This document shows positions 13,631 through 26,480 of a stretch of 64,000 bases of DNA, piece after piece. Numbering within the stretch: position 1 is the stretch's first letter; every line of letters starts with the position of its first letter. The position numbers and the translations under genes were made by a program. The DNA lies in contig OZ320314.1 of the NCBI GenBank assembly GCA_976226885.1, positions 35,774,001-35,838,000 of the forward strand, in the 5' to 3' direction. Source of the DNA: Iphione sp. A-MEVVRFRX5 (taxonomy: Eukaryota). The notes under the pieces are model-generated. The model did no database searches. It saw nothing but the letters and a program-made list of their open reading frames with translations, and was not told where the DNA came from.

Positions 13631-16600
13631 AAACAGTGGGGTTGTAGTGATGATGCATGTAAGATATGAACGTGTATCTACAATAATCCTCCAGCGCAAG
13701 GTGAGAAGAAAAAGCCTCAGCATTTGTGAGCATTGCACTATGCTTTCAAAGGTGATATCTGGTGTAGTGAATATTCCTATCAGTATTCAAAAAATTGTTT
13801 CCATTGACAATAGTCACTGCACTTTGTCGCGGCTATTCATAACAAGGCAGAGTTACTATGGAAAATTGATTTAATCTAAGCCCTAAGTCTTAATCTCGTA
13901 TATTTGCTTTATAGACCGACCGAAGACCCTTTGTTCTTCTTCACGTTTATGCATACAAACCGTAAACAAATGTCATTGCCAAACCATTCTGTTACATGCT
14001 ACAAATCTCATACTTAAGAAGAGCTACTTCATCCACTCAAGCCCTTGGGAAAGCCGAAAGACGTGTGTCACCTCTTGCATGTTCCGAAAATTGCTGCAAG
14101 AATGCGTACATGCCAGGATGTCTCCTTTTACAACATGCCACATAAAACAAGTAGGGAGGTCACCGAAGTATGTGGCACGAGATGCTCCGGCGTTAGAGGT
14201 ATCCTTGTTCTCTGTATGCTGCTCATCGACAGGTCTCTCTTATTAAAATGTTGAGACTCTATAGAAAACATAGCTGTGGCATTAGGTCATGCGTAACTGC
14301 AGGTAATTACAAGTTTGAAAAGGGAAAATATGTGAGACAAGTTGAAGTTTGACTCATCGGGCGTAGGTCTAATGATATACAAGTTGATAATTCCCGTTCG
14401 TACTGCTGGTTCATCGGCACGATCTCTCCTCGGGTTGATACAAACGGTGCTCAGGAAAAAAGGGAACCATGATTTTTTGTTATGGGTTCGGTTGGCAAAA
14501 TACTTTTTCTCCTTGGAAGGTCGAACTGACATTACCTTTGCATCGGTAGTAACACTCATGAACGTCGCGTCTCATTCGGGCACTGTGTCAGGGGCAGCAG
14601 GCACGAGTGGCCCTTCGCGTGCCGAACGAACTGGGTCCTATTTGCACTCCGTATTTTATCTATCATTCGCACGGGCCTTTGTGAAGCAACCTTGTGTTCC
14701 TGAAAGTGCTCTTGCGGCCAGATGGTGCGACCGAGCAGTGGTAACTGTTGGTGGTAAAATCTTACTTGTATTGTTTACTTTTATCTTGGGAATATTATAA
14801 CGGTCGCCGTCTCTAGAGAGACTAGAATAAGTTTGTTTAGTGACACATCCTTACATTTCTTGATGAAATATTGGCACTGTCATGTTATTCTGATTCAATT
14901 AGCAATTTTTTTTCAGCTAATGATAGTTATTTGTGAACTACCCTTTGTCTTTTGTTAGTACCTACCGTACAAAAAGTTCTTCATTGGCATACAGCCGAGA
15001 TGCTGTATCTTTTATCTTTTATCTCACCATGATAAAAAGGCAAATGTGACATGTACTGCTGCAGAGATATGCTCTGAATTATTCATTTCGTCTGCATGTG
15101 AAAAAAGTGTAGGAGAATCTCCTTCCGCGCCGTTCGGCTCCACGGCAGGTGAACCTATTAACAATTTAGCCCCAAACAGCATAATTCTATTGTAGAAGGA
15201 GGAAGTTAGTTGTCAGGGTAGCTCATGGGCACCCTTTGAGTTGAATGGTGGGATACTTTCGTAGGGCACTGATATTGCAGGATCTTTCGAATTTTCCAAT
15301 TGGCGAGCGAACTGGCTGCCACTGAAGTGCGGTGCATATAATAAGCAAAACCGACTGTTTTAAGACGTAACACTTACTGTGGCGTGAAGCATTTCTATTG
15401 TCTCTAAACATACAATCGACTACTGTGTTGGTCGAGATAAATCTATAAAGTTCAGGTGTTTTTACTGAAAAACTATGAATTCACGATGGCCCATCCTAAG
15501 TTCCATTCCCCTGGCGTAATCGGAGACAAGAATTCATGGCATTGGTAACCTTTATGGAGATGTACGTGAAAATGTGTAATCGTCTTGAAGCGATACCATA
15601 TTTCCTTTTTTGCCTTGTATTTGGATCCCATCTCGCACGGATAGCCTCTATCTTTCACCTAATCTCGTGACGTTTGCATCGTTTCGCTCAGGAATACTGA
15701 GTTTCGTCATGAGGCAGGGAGAGGGCATGCGGGATGGAAAGTGGTGTGATCCTTGAATTACACCTTTAGGTATGTAGGATGAAATGAACAACCACATGTA
15801 TCGTTATGCAGAACAAAAGACCACTGTCTTCTCCACTGCACTTTTATTTTCGCCTTGTGAAATAAAAATCAATTATACTAACGGGTATAAAGAATCACAT
15901 AACGTGGTGCACTCGTGTTTCACAACCTACCAGTTTACTTGAACATTAATTCTTGAATAGGACGCAATAGTGTAAACACATATCATAAAAATCATCATTG
16001 ATTTGAAATACCTGCTTTAAAGGGCCGTGCATTAGATACTTATAGCTCTAAGGCGTTCATGACGCTGTTTTTGAAAGAATATAGATCGGTGTATAGATCC
16101 CGTTTATTTTACGAAAGGCTTGGTGTCTTTCGTTGATGGAGGTCTTGTGAAATCTAAAGGACATATTGTTGGCGCCTATTTTAAAGGTGGCTAATGCTCA
16201 GCGCGATCTGTCAGTGTGTTTAGGCCCAGAGTCTACTCGAGTGAGAAAATCTTTCACGTCAGTGTACTCGAGGGCCCTCTTCAATTGTTTATGGTAGAAT
16301 AAACGAGAGAGACGAATGTCCCCATAGGGTGTATTGAAGTACATCTACCGTTATAGGAAGACATGAGAATTTACAATTTTTGCCTTTTCCATTTGAAGAA
16401 CAGAATGATTTACAATAATCTATTCATGTGAACGGTGTGAACTCATGAAGCTGTGCACTTGATTTATCGTCGGAGCTATAGAAAAATTGTTGGCAAATAA
16501 ATTTTCATTACATCTACCGCGAAAAGGTCATACAATATGCATATGTATTTACTTTAAAGTTGTATATCCCTAAAACCACGGAGCGCGGTTTCATTGTCCT

Positions 16601-17866
16601 TCTGATGGCCAAATTATGCAAGTGCAATGGAATACTTTACATAAAATACGTCATGTCTGTTCTCTTAATACCAGTCCAACAGCTTGCCAGGTCACACACA
16701 TTATATTTGACTTACGGTATGTTCAGGAGTTAAATACTGTAGTTGACGTTGCGACAGAACGTATATCGTGCCTGGCTATTGCTCTACACTACTGCCGAGC
16801 CAATGGAACTTTTGGATCCTGACCAACCAGTCGATCAGTTAACCCTTCTTCTCCACCGTGCTGCTTGAACGGCCAAAATAGTTTTTTTTGCCTATATTTA
16901 AACAGATACTGCAACAATGGAAACTTCCATGGGAGCAAACTGACTTCTATAAAATATTTAAGGAACATTTGATTGATTTTCTGGATTTAATTTGGGCACA
17001 TTTCGACTCGAATTTAAGGCGTAAGGCCAGGGCAAACCACTCAACACGTCAGCCGCCCATCGTATTTGCTGGCTCTGGTTTTGCCAAATGCCACCATGTT
17101 AGGAATGATGCCTCTAAGAGCCGGGGTTAATTTTAGGCTGATCTCGTGGTATAAACAGGGGATGAATATCAGACGCATTGTTATTACAGTCAGCCAACTC
17201 CATTCCGGTTTCATATGTGTGCAGTGGAGCGGCAAGTCATTGACAACAATAGAAATAAATAATGGGAATATCCATTCTTTTGCTGCATGGTAAGCAGTAA
17301 CTGTTCATCAATTATTACATGTGGGTTTTCGCAGTTTTTTTTACAGCACGCACCTATATAATATACTGTATATATGTCTGTATGGTCCTTTTTCTTTGCC
17401 GTTAGGATCCAGTATGCTAGTATCTTATTATCATTATACGGAGAAACGATATTGAATTTCGATCAACAGAGGAAGAATACTTCCCAAATGCTCCCCGCTT
17501 TTTTGAATGAATAGCGTCTGCCTCGCCATTTTGGCCACTAGAGGGCCACAACTGTCTGGGCCTTGCTCTTCTCAACCTCTGGTGGACTATGTCAGATTAA
17601 GCAAGGCGGCATTTACCAATGTATAGATTTATAGATTATTTCCGCACCACGGCCGCCTGTACACATGGGCTCCGACAGTAAAACCACTTCCATTCCACCC
17701 GCATGAACATGTCAGATGAGAGAAAACGCAGGCGACAGTAGGTGCTACCGAGGTCCGCAATTCGCTTTGTAATTCCCGGGGTCAAGCCCGGAAGCTTCCA
17801 GGACTATAACAAGCAGACATTCTAGGATAGCGCCATAGTCGGCAGCGGCCCTCAGAATGGAGCGCC

Positions 17867-18007
17867 TTATTTGATGGTGGACACTGGGATTGGGGCGGTG
17901 GTGGTGGTGGTGGTGTGTGTGGGGGGACGGGGGGGAGGCTGAGAAGATGGAGAGTAGGCATGGGGGTGGGATGGAGAAGTACCGGAAAGGACTGGGGCGC
18001 CAGCGTG
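17867..18007 (-). other. Candidate terminal coding exon (46 aa, S/P/H/T-rich) built on an (ACC)n tract
   Basis: Acceptor tcttcttattcttaacctgcatccaaccag, then HAGAPVLSGTSPSHPHAYSPSSQPPPRPPTHTTTTTTAPIPVSTIK*; low complexity keeps all three frames open, so coding status is unproven. Confidence 0.2.
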
Positions 18008-20849
18008 CTGGTTGGATGCAGGTTAAGAATAAGAAGACTGGGGCTGGGCCGACGGCAAGTGTAGTCGCCGTGAGTCTTGGCGGCTGGGAATGGGTGCACC
18101 TGTTCTCTGTACACATAGCTAAGTGTTATTGAGTCTTGGAATCAGCTAGGTTGCTGTTGATGGTGGGAAACTGGAGGCTTCCAGCGGGAAATGGTCCCCA
18201 CTCAGCATGCGTCTCGCTGCCCCGCTCCGGTGCTCCTGGCGACATGCTCCGTCCCCTCGACATTTACTGCCTGCTAGGGGCAAGCTTCAATTAGGACGTG
18301 TAATTAAATAATTAACTCGCGTAAATACAAACGCGGTAACACGAAGCGGCAAAATGTCACACATTGAAGCAAATTACAACTGGCGTAGTAAACAGGACCT
18401 GTTTGGATGCATAATAAGTGGCCAGGCGCGTGCCAGAAAGATGCTTGAGGTTCTGGTGATTCGGCGTCACCTTTGCATCTCGTGACTGGACGTTCTTGAC
18501 AGGTCAGCCGGACTTAGAGCCTAATTTAGTACCGTGTTAGTTTCAGAGGTACACGCAGCAGATTTTCCCCCCAATATGTGCACTAAATCTGACGGTCCAA
18601 ATTATAGCAACGGTATCAGATGTGCAGTATTAAATTCGTTAATTGTATAAGTGATAGTTATATACACACCCTTATATATTGATAATATATTCTTTGAAAA
18701 TAGCCTGATAATCTCGTTCAAACAATGTGTTCTAAATGAGCTATGCAGAGAACGCACACAGTCAATGTCTATTAAATGTAGATCTAACAATTGCAATGCT
18801 AATTCGCTAATACATGTATCTCATCAGAAGAGTACATGCACTGTTCACCACGTTGGTAACTAGGAACGCCATCTAAACTAAGGAAGATGTCACAAATACT
18901 CATTCATATCATTTGGGAAGCTACCAGTATTGGGTTTTCCTACATCGAAGTCTAACCCTCTGTTAGGCCGAAAGTTGCAACTTATTGTCTCAGACCTATC
19001 TGTCAGGAGTGGTTTCCATTGTTCTTTCCATCGATTGATGATCGATGTGGAAGTACTGTTAACACACCTTGTATGCAGACTGAGTACATATGATGTAAGG
19101 TGCACGCACACTTCTAGCACAGGTTTTGTGGATGCCTGCGTTTGTTAGCTTTGGCTTGGCGGACCAGCATCAAAGGTCGCACCGCCAGGTAACCCACAGG
19201 TGTGATGATTGCTTAATGAATCATTGTCCACCCTCTCACCACCGAGGTGGCCAACAGTGAAATTCGGAGCAGCTGAGTACACTCAGAGCAGGAGGGGTCA
19301 ACCGCACAAAGCTCGCACAGTATGTAGTACTCCCGTCAGGCTCATGCTCTGCAAACCACATGTATACTCGCCAAAAGAAGACCGCAAGTCGGAATCTTCC
19401 ACGAAAAGACAGCGGGTATGCTGCATGGCCAGGGGAAGACGTCGCATCATTACAACGACCATTATATTTTAATTAGTCCGATATGCTGAGTGATGTTGTA
19501 CCTGCATTAGATCATGACTGCCAGACTTGCGTGAATCTCTTGCGTATCTGGCGGGCATAGATCATTAAAACCATTTCCCCCCGAGCTACATTTTAACAAT
19601 TTGCTTCTGAGTGGTGCCACGGCTGTACTCAGTGTCTGCCATGTGAAGGCTCGGGTTTGCGACTTGTAGGTCAAGTCCAAACTCATATAACGCAGTCGTT
19701 GGGCGACGTACACCTAACATGCGATCTGTCGTGCGACGACATATCCAATAAGCTGCTTCATTCCGCCATGGTCGTATAAATAAACCTTGTATTACGGAAT
19801 AGAAAAAAAGTAGCTGATCATTTTTAACACTGTTTAGCACATCATTTGACTCGTGTTTCCCATACTGAGGATAGGTATTAGCGAATTAACCTTCTGCTGC
19901 ATTTGTATCTTTAGTACATGTCCCTAGGGGGAGTTTTGGGGGTTGCTGGACCAGCCTGTTGGGCCAGCGTCGCTCACCGAGACTAAAATGTCTAAGAGCG
20001 TGAATCACAAGACAACTCACTTGTTGGTGCATTGTTCTATATAGTTGAGATAGTTTCCCGCCACAGTTCGTTCGCAGATATAACTTCAGAATGTTCATAA
20101 AGGCTCACCTTGTCCGAGGCAAGAATATTGACCTAATGGTAATGTTCATGTATTTTTTTAACTTCTCTTTTAAGCAGCTCCTCCTCAATTAAAAAATCAA
20201 ATCCATTCTGCAACCTCACATAAATCGACCATGCAAGCGCCCTTAGTAAAAGTTTCCTCTGGGTGATTAACATTGGGCACGACCAGTCAGTATCGTCGTC
20301 AGCGATACACGGTCAAATTAAAAGTACAATGTGCATGTGAAAGCTAAGTGAGCGTGCTCAATAACTAACAGATGACAGTTTCCTCCACTGCATAGTGTCT
20401 ACCGGAATTTTTGACCGTCTCAAACTTTGATATATTCTATCTAGGATATTGATTATGAACGTTAACACTCTCTAATAATTTTATGAAGTGCCTTATCATC
20501 GTATCGTGTTTTTATTTATATTTACTTAGATTCCCCCCCCCATTGCATATCTGTTTGGGATACAAACTTCCCCCTTCACTCACGGTAGAGTTCTATTTCT
20601 CTTTAATTTTCAATTTTGGGCTTTCCTAAAATTTATACATATACTGCTGGTATATACTAAACTTTGTGTACAGGCTTGACACTACACAGCGGAAGTATTC
20701 GCCAAGTAAGGCACGCCTAGTTCCTGTTTCCCTCTTATTCCCTTTGTTACGCCTATTGAAAAGCCGCAAAAGTGGTTAATAACACCAGGTGTGACGATGT
20801 GTTCTCTGGCAAGTGTCTGGGAAGGTGAATGTCTCCACACAACAGGCAT

Positions 20850-21010
20850 ATCTGTCGGCATCATCAGCATATACAGTGAATATTGTGGCACAGAATCGTC
20901 TTCATAGAACTGCAGAATAGAAAATGTAGTTTATTGAGTTCCAGTAAACGCTATTAGAAGAACAGTTTTCTGATAAACCTCGATACACTCTTCTTCCTGA
21001 GGTCCCCTAA
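20850..21010 (-). mobile_element. Possible decayed RT fragment
   Basis: Minus strand IFTVYADDADRYA (YADD at ~20862-20873) with a ggacctcag GxPQ-like segment ~130 nt upstream; spacing is longer than canonical. Confidence 0.25.
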
Positions 21011-22058
21011 AGGTGACCTGGAGGTTTCTATGCATAGCTATAAGATGTATCCATCGAAACACATAAACATGTACACGTAAAACTGCATACAACGTGATAA
21101 GTAGCCAGTTTGTCACGCAAATTGCAGTATTGAAGATGTACATGTACATGTACTTGTAAATCACGTGGCACAAACACAAACCCAAACAGAAGCAATAAAT
21201 TTGCTGCACGCCAGTCAATTATTCTCCAAATAGAACTATTCATTATGTAACTAGTCGTATTTAAACAACAGGGTGCTAATCTTTGGAACTGATCATGGAA
21301 GACAAAGATTCAGGAATTTCATGATTCCTCGCACCACTTGCATATATGGGGCCCTTTTTGTGCAAGGAACAACACTAAAAACCACTTGATCTTGTCACCT
21401 TTGTGCGACAGTATACGTATAGAAAAATAGCCTGCCATCCCTGTACAGCTAAACGTGCTCACTGGGTTTGAAATCATGTAAAAAATACTGATAATATTGC
21501 TTTTCGTTGCGCTTCCAAAACTTTTGATAATACTCCCGGGGCGAAACTTCGTAGTTACAATGGAAACTTAGTTCTGCACGCTGTGGCGTGGCAGTTGTTT
21601 GGGATCAAAGGAACGGTAATCATTAATTAGTTCGTGTCCGTTTAACACATTCTGCACATCGCTACCGTTAGGAGTCTTTAATTGTGAAACAATGCTGCCA
21701 TGAGTCATTAGGCCAGCCTTGAGTGCGCCCCAGGGGGTTTCCAGGGGTGCCGAAATTGAGGAGCGAACACCACGTGCTGCACAGGACCTGTTAATAGAAA
21801 AACAAAGGAATCGGACGCGAATGCATCAATCAGCTGGCCTTTATTGGTTTTCACTTTCTGGTTGAATAGTCGAGTCCTTTTCTATACCTCAATTTCCCCA
21901 CTAGCCTTGTTGACTGTTTATATTGCAAGAAAAGAAGACATTCCTTAAAACTACAAAGCAGTTTAAGGCATAGTATCACTCATCACCTACAGTGGGGAAT
22001 CTTGTTTTAAAGAGCATTCTATACAAGAAAGAATAAAAGTGTTTTCAATGATACTCAC

Positions 22059-22158
22059 ACACGAGATCCTACGCCAACGGCAGAGTCATGCAACCTTAAC
22101 ATTTTCAAGCAAGAGGGCATTAGGTTCATAGATGCGTAAGAGGTTACGATTGAAATTC
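22059..22158 (-). other. Candidate spliced exon, 100 nt, no recognisable coding
   Basis: Acceptor tttaatcttcttcgcctgcag and donor GT|gtgagt; two frames have stops and the third is unrecognisable. Confidence 0.4.
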
Positions 22159-22570
22159 CTGCAGGCGAAGAAGATTAAATAAATTGTGACAAAAAAGGTG
22201 CACTAGCCGCTATATTTGCAACACTGAGGGGGGGGGGGCATTCTATAACATATACCTGTATCCTGGGTTTTACAATGTACTTTCACCAATAAAATTAATG
22301 ATATATACATAAACGTGACTAAAAATGATATTTTGCAACTGTTCTTTCAAAGCGTCGTTGTTTGAATGTGAGAAAATACCTGCTATAAAATCAAGGTAGA
22401 GACCTGGCAAGTTGGCAAGTGCAAAGCGATATGAAAGAATAAATAATTTCTTCATCAGTTACAGAGATCAAGTCATCTGCTACGACTTACTTCTCCTTTT
22501 CTTTAGGAGAATTTTATACGATCCCATTGAAAGCAAGATTATATTTGAATCTACATGTATTTCTTTCCAG

Positions 22571-22646
22571 GAACCAGTGACAATGGTAAATATTGCTCGA
22601 TGAAGGTGAGGCTTTGGCGCAAGCTTGCTGCTTACTTCCTTACGAG
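22571..22646 (+). other. Candidate spliced exon, 76 nt (alternative donor after 22605)
   Basis: Acceptor tatttctttccag; donors AAG|gtgagg and GAG|gtaaga. Confidence 0.4.
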
Positions 22647-25600
22647 GTAAGAAATTATTTCTTTTCCGTATCGTTAGTACACTATATTACATATACCTTG
22701 CGTTTACATTATATCATCAAACCTAAATAGCTCAATTTATAAGTGAAAACTAAATTCAGAACAGAACGCTGAAATTGTCGGATTCTTTATGAAGATTAAA
22801 CTTTATATCTAAAGTCTCTTCTAACTTATTACACATTGCATGACTCTAGATGGTATCATACATGTATGCTGAATGAAATCAAAGAAAATAAATTCTTCAT
22901 CAAATGCTATGGTTCATTCTGTTTAATCAGGGAAGCTATTCCTTGCCCAAAAAAGTGGATAGCTTATTAATAAGAACCATCGATGACGGATCTGATGAAG
23001 TATACTTCTTGTGCGTCAATGAAAATCTTCCTATACTTTCCTGGATGTAAAAGTAGCCTTATTATTAAGTGCAAGCTTGTTCCTCTCTGTATTATTTTTG
23101 TCGTTCATTCGTTATCCCAACCCCCAGTGTCATCAAAACGTAATAATGGCGGCTGTTAAAGGGATAGAAGGAAATCTTAAATATCATTTCAAGGCAAGCC
23201 CCCAGGGAAAAGCATGCGAGTTTTGCCGACTGAAATGTAAAGGAATTCCATAGACGTTATGCGGAGCTTGATTTTGATAAATAAACGAGAACATTGGCTG
23301 ATGAAGACCAGTAATTGACAAAACATGTTAGTTGTCGCGCCAAAAAGTTGAGCGCCTCTCTTTGATCACACTTTCAAATTGCTCACAGGCACAACCATAA
23401 ATGAACGCGATCAGTTACAGGAAGAGTGGATTTTCTCGCGCAAAGGACGATCCAAAGAAAAAAACAACAACAAATACAACATGTGAACCTTGCGCCTGGA
23501 CCAGGGGCTAAAAAACGTTAGAAGACGCGGCGGATGGCAGGTCCCACGTGATCCAGAGTTAAGTCAGGAGGTGTTGATATTTTATGAAGGCTTTCCCCCC
23601 TGAAACGGCACGGAGCTTACCCGGATGACAATAGGACCTCTCCAGTTAGCTGTGAGTTGGAACAAAAGGCGAAGCTATTACCCAGCTCCTTCTTTCTCGG
23701 GAAGTGGCCAGGCCTGCTCGACTAAAAAGGAAAAGGAGCCCGCCACCGACAGCGGCAACTCCAAGTGACAAATGATCACTTTTGCGAAGAAGTGGCCAGG
23801 GAGGTGGGGCTGATGGGGGTGATCCGTAGGATCCGGTAGGGATCCACTTCGGATCCGCATCCTGTCCGGTATGTATCATTATCCCTTGTCAGGCCATACA
23901 GCTGCTTGGCGTCGAAGTCATGTCAGATCCCCATCCAGCTAATCAGGAGAATTACACCTGCCCCAACGCCCATAACTCTTTCGATCATCCATTGAAAGAA
24001 AGAGGACATTTTAACAGTCTAATAGATCATACTCAAATGGCCTTTTGTTATTCATTCTGTCTCAATGGCTTCTCATTTGATAGGTCCATTTCCCGAGGGG
24101 GAGCATTATAATAGAGACACCACTAAAAAAAAGATAACTTCAATAGTCTGAGAAAAAAAAGGATAAGTCACCCACTAATGAGTTGATCAGCGTTTCTATT
24201 ATAGAGGTCCTAGTCTAGGGTTGATCAACGAAGTAAACGGCTAAAATAATGGCAGCCTGTTTAACGACGTCGCCAATAGTAGGTATTCATGTGTAAGCGT
24301 GTGCCGGGCGGGACTAGCGCAAGAGGCAGCCACGTGAAAACTGCATCCAATGAGACAATGTGGCTGACATGTTGGCGATAAAGTCTCCTTTAGTGAGTAT
24401 TTGTCGCGCATTAAGAAAGACATCAATGGAAGAAGCAAGGGGATTTATTGGGTTGGGACACCGGAACACAATGACAGGGTATTGTGGAGGGGCTGGACAT
24501 GGGAATAGATTGGCTGCAGCCTGTCGACAGCGCCCCTGGGTTGGCCCTATTTGTGGTAAGAGGCGAATGAGGCATGGTGCTTCAGGCAGCGCCGAGCTGA
24601 AATGTGGCTCTTTTTTCACATTATGGCGCTTCCTCTCCATACAATGCTATGAAAAGAAACCATTAAAGCATACCTGAAATGATCTAACGTGCAAGTCCAG
24701 TCGGGACTATCCAATTAATTTTCATATGAGATCTAATCCCGCAATCACATTTCCGGTTCTTTTTTTAATACAAAACAAATTTTATTATATTATTCTGTCA
24801 TTTAATTTTCCTTCCTCAAATAAAACGTAGGAGTCCATGGAGGAAAAATCATTTATGCAGAAAGGCTGGGCCTAGTCACATACAATGAGGTAGCCCATCG
24901 ACAAAAGCATCGGTCAGTGTTAACGCAGTGTTATTTCCTCACTTGTGTCGATACATCAGCAGTCATATAGAGAGCCTGTTGACCTTTCTGTTGTTATGAC
25001 TTGTTTTCAATCATATCGCCTTGTCGACACTGCAATATGTATAGGCGTTTATGTATCTGGCATACGGGATGGGAGAGAAACATGTATATGATTTCGAATT
25101 AAAGCCTAGGTTCTATTCGAGTATAAAGGGAAGAACAGGTATGGCCATCATCGGGAATAAACAAGAGTGTATGTACAATAAGTATCGATTCATATGCATA
25201 CAGCACTATATAATCAAACCTCTTTCTACTGTGAATCATGACGATCACCTAAGCAAATATTCCATAATTTATCCTTCAACGATCGCTCATTAGTCAAACG
25301 GTGAAACCAATGTTTCTCCAACTGACTGTGCATCAAAAGCCGTCTAACCACAACAGAAAGAGATCTCCCTAACTACTCCACTAATCACAAGGAAGTGGAG
25401 GCGATAAGCTCAACATCACAGCACAGTTTGCTTTGGACAGGGGTGGTTCTCAGGTAAAGCACATGGCAGCCGCTGTGCAAGATGATTGAGCAGGTGGGAG
25501 ACGGGGAGGGCGTCTGTATTCATTTCTCGCCACGTTCCACGCGGGCGATACGCAGTGGGTGTCGAGTGGGCGGCGCCAATGCTCATTTTATACCGTCAGT

Positions 25601-26329
25601 AATGGCGCGGCCTTTACGGTCCGCCATGAAACATTCACGGGCAAAGAGGGCTTGTCATGGGCCCTCCCCTCCAAGCAATCAATGAGAGGCACATTGTGCA
25701 TTCATCAGCACTGTTCTTATGCCCTCTTTCCTTCGCCTCAGACTATTTTCCTCGGGTGCTACGGTCCTCGATGACAGCCTAGCTCTTCAGATAAATGCGA
25801 TTGTTATGCTGCACCAGTGGCATAAGTTACAGATTTGGCCAATTCGTCGTCCTTTCCTTTCCTACTCCCTTTACTGTTTCCCGTCTCATAACCAGGCAAA
25901 CCGTCTGCCAATAATACGGGATATCGATGAATCAGTTCCATTTATATCAAACTCGTTGCCTCTCTCTCTAGGTGGCGCCGTCTGTCACCAAAACGTTTTT
26001 TTAGATATGTAAATTATGCAAAAAGAGCACAACCCTAAGAAAAGGATAGGACTAAATGATATTGGGAGAAGATACTTGATATTCTCGTCCGTGTGCTTGT
26101 AATCAGCCGCCTGTCTTTTCTTTGACAGGGGCCACATGAAGGTTCTGACGCCTATGTACAATATTCTAGTTAGATTCCAAAGCATGGCTGCGCAGCAACA
26201 ATGCAGGAAATCAGGCGTGCTCCAGGATTCGCGGCCTCAGGTGTGCATTTGCTTATGTAACAGGCCGGGAGCATAGGTACTGAATACCCAACCTCGGTGC
26301 GACCCTCTTTCCGGCCTACTTGGCCATGC

Positions 26330-26480
26330 GCACATTGCCTGCACTCACTTCCGGTGCCCAGTGACTCAGCAAAATTGCAGGTCAGCCAGGGGGCATGTTG
26401 AGGCGGGTAGCCTATGGAAGCAGTCAGTGGACAGAATATCTCTTACCGTGCCCGGACTACTTGGTCCGGACCCTTGGGGT
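26330..26480 (+). promoter_or_regulatory. ETS + ARE/MARE composite followed by a splice donor
   Basis: cacttccgg 26346-26354; gTGACTCAGCAaaatt 26361-26376; GG|gtgagt after 26478. Confidence 0.35.

Noticed and set aside
14342-14800. 152-aa plus ORF with a hydrophobic end
   Set aside because: Non-ATG start and no recognisable family
20110-20133. 24-nt in-frame minus microexon (VNILASDK) with a strong donor
   Set aside because: The upstream acceptor region is A-rich with no pyrimidine tract
21710-21838. ggccagc...gctggcc possible Harbinger MITE
   Set aside because: Only a 7-bp IR, and the flanks TTA/TTT do not match
12573-23841. Shared 14-mer aggatccggtaggg at ~12571 and ~23828
   Set aside because: Exact 14-mer matches are expected by chance in 64 kb; no extended similarity
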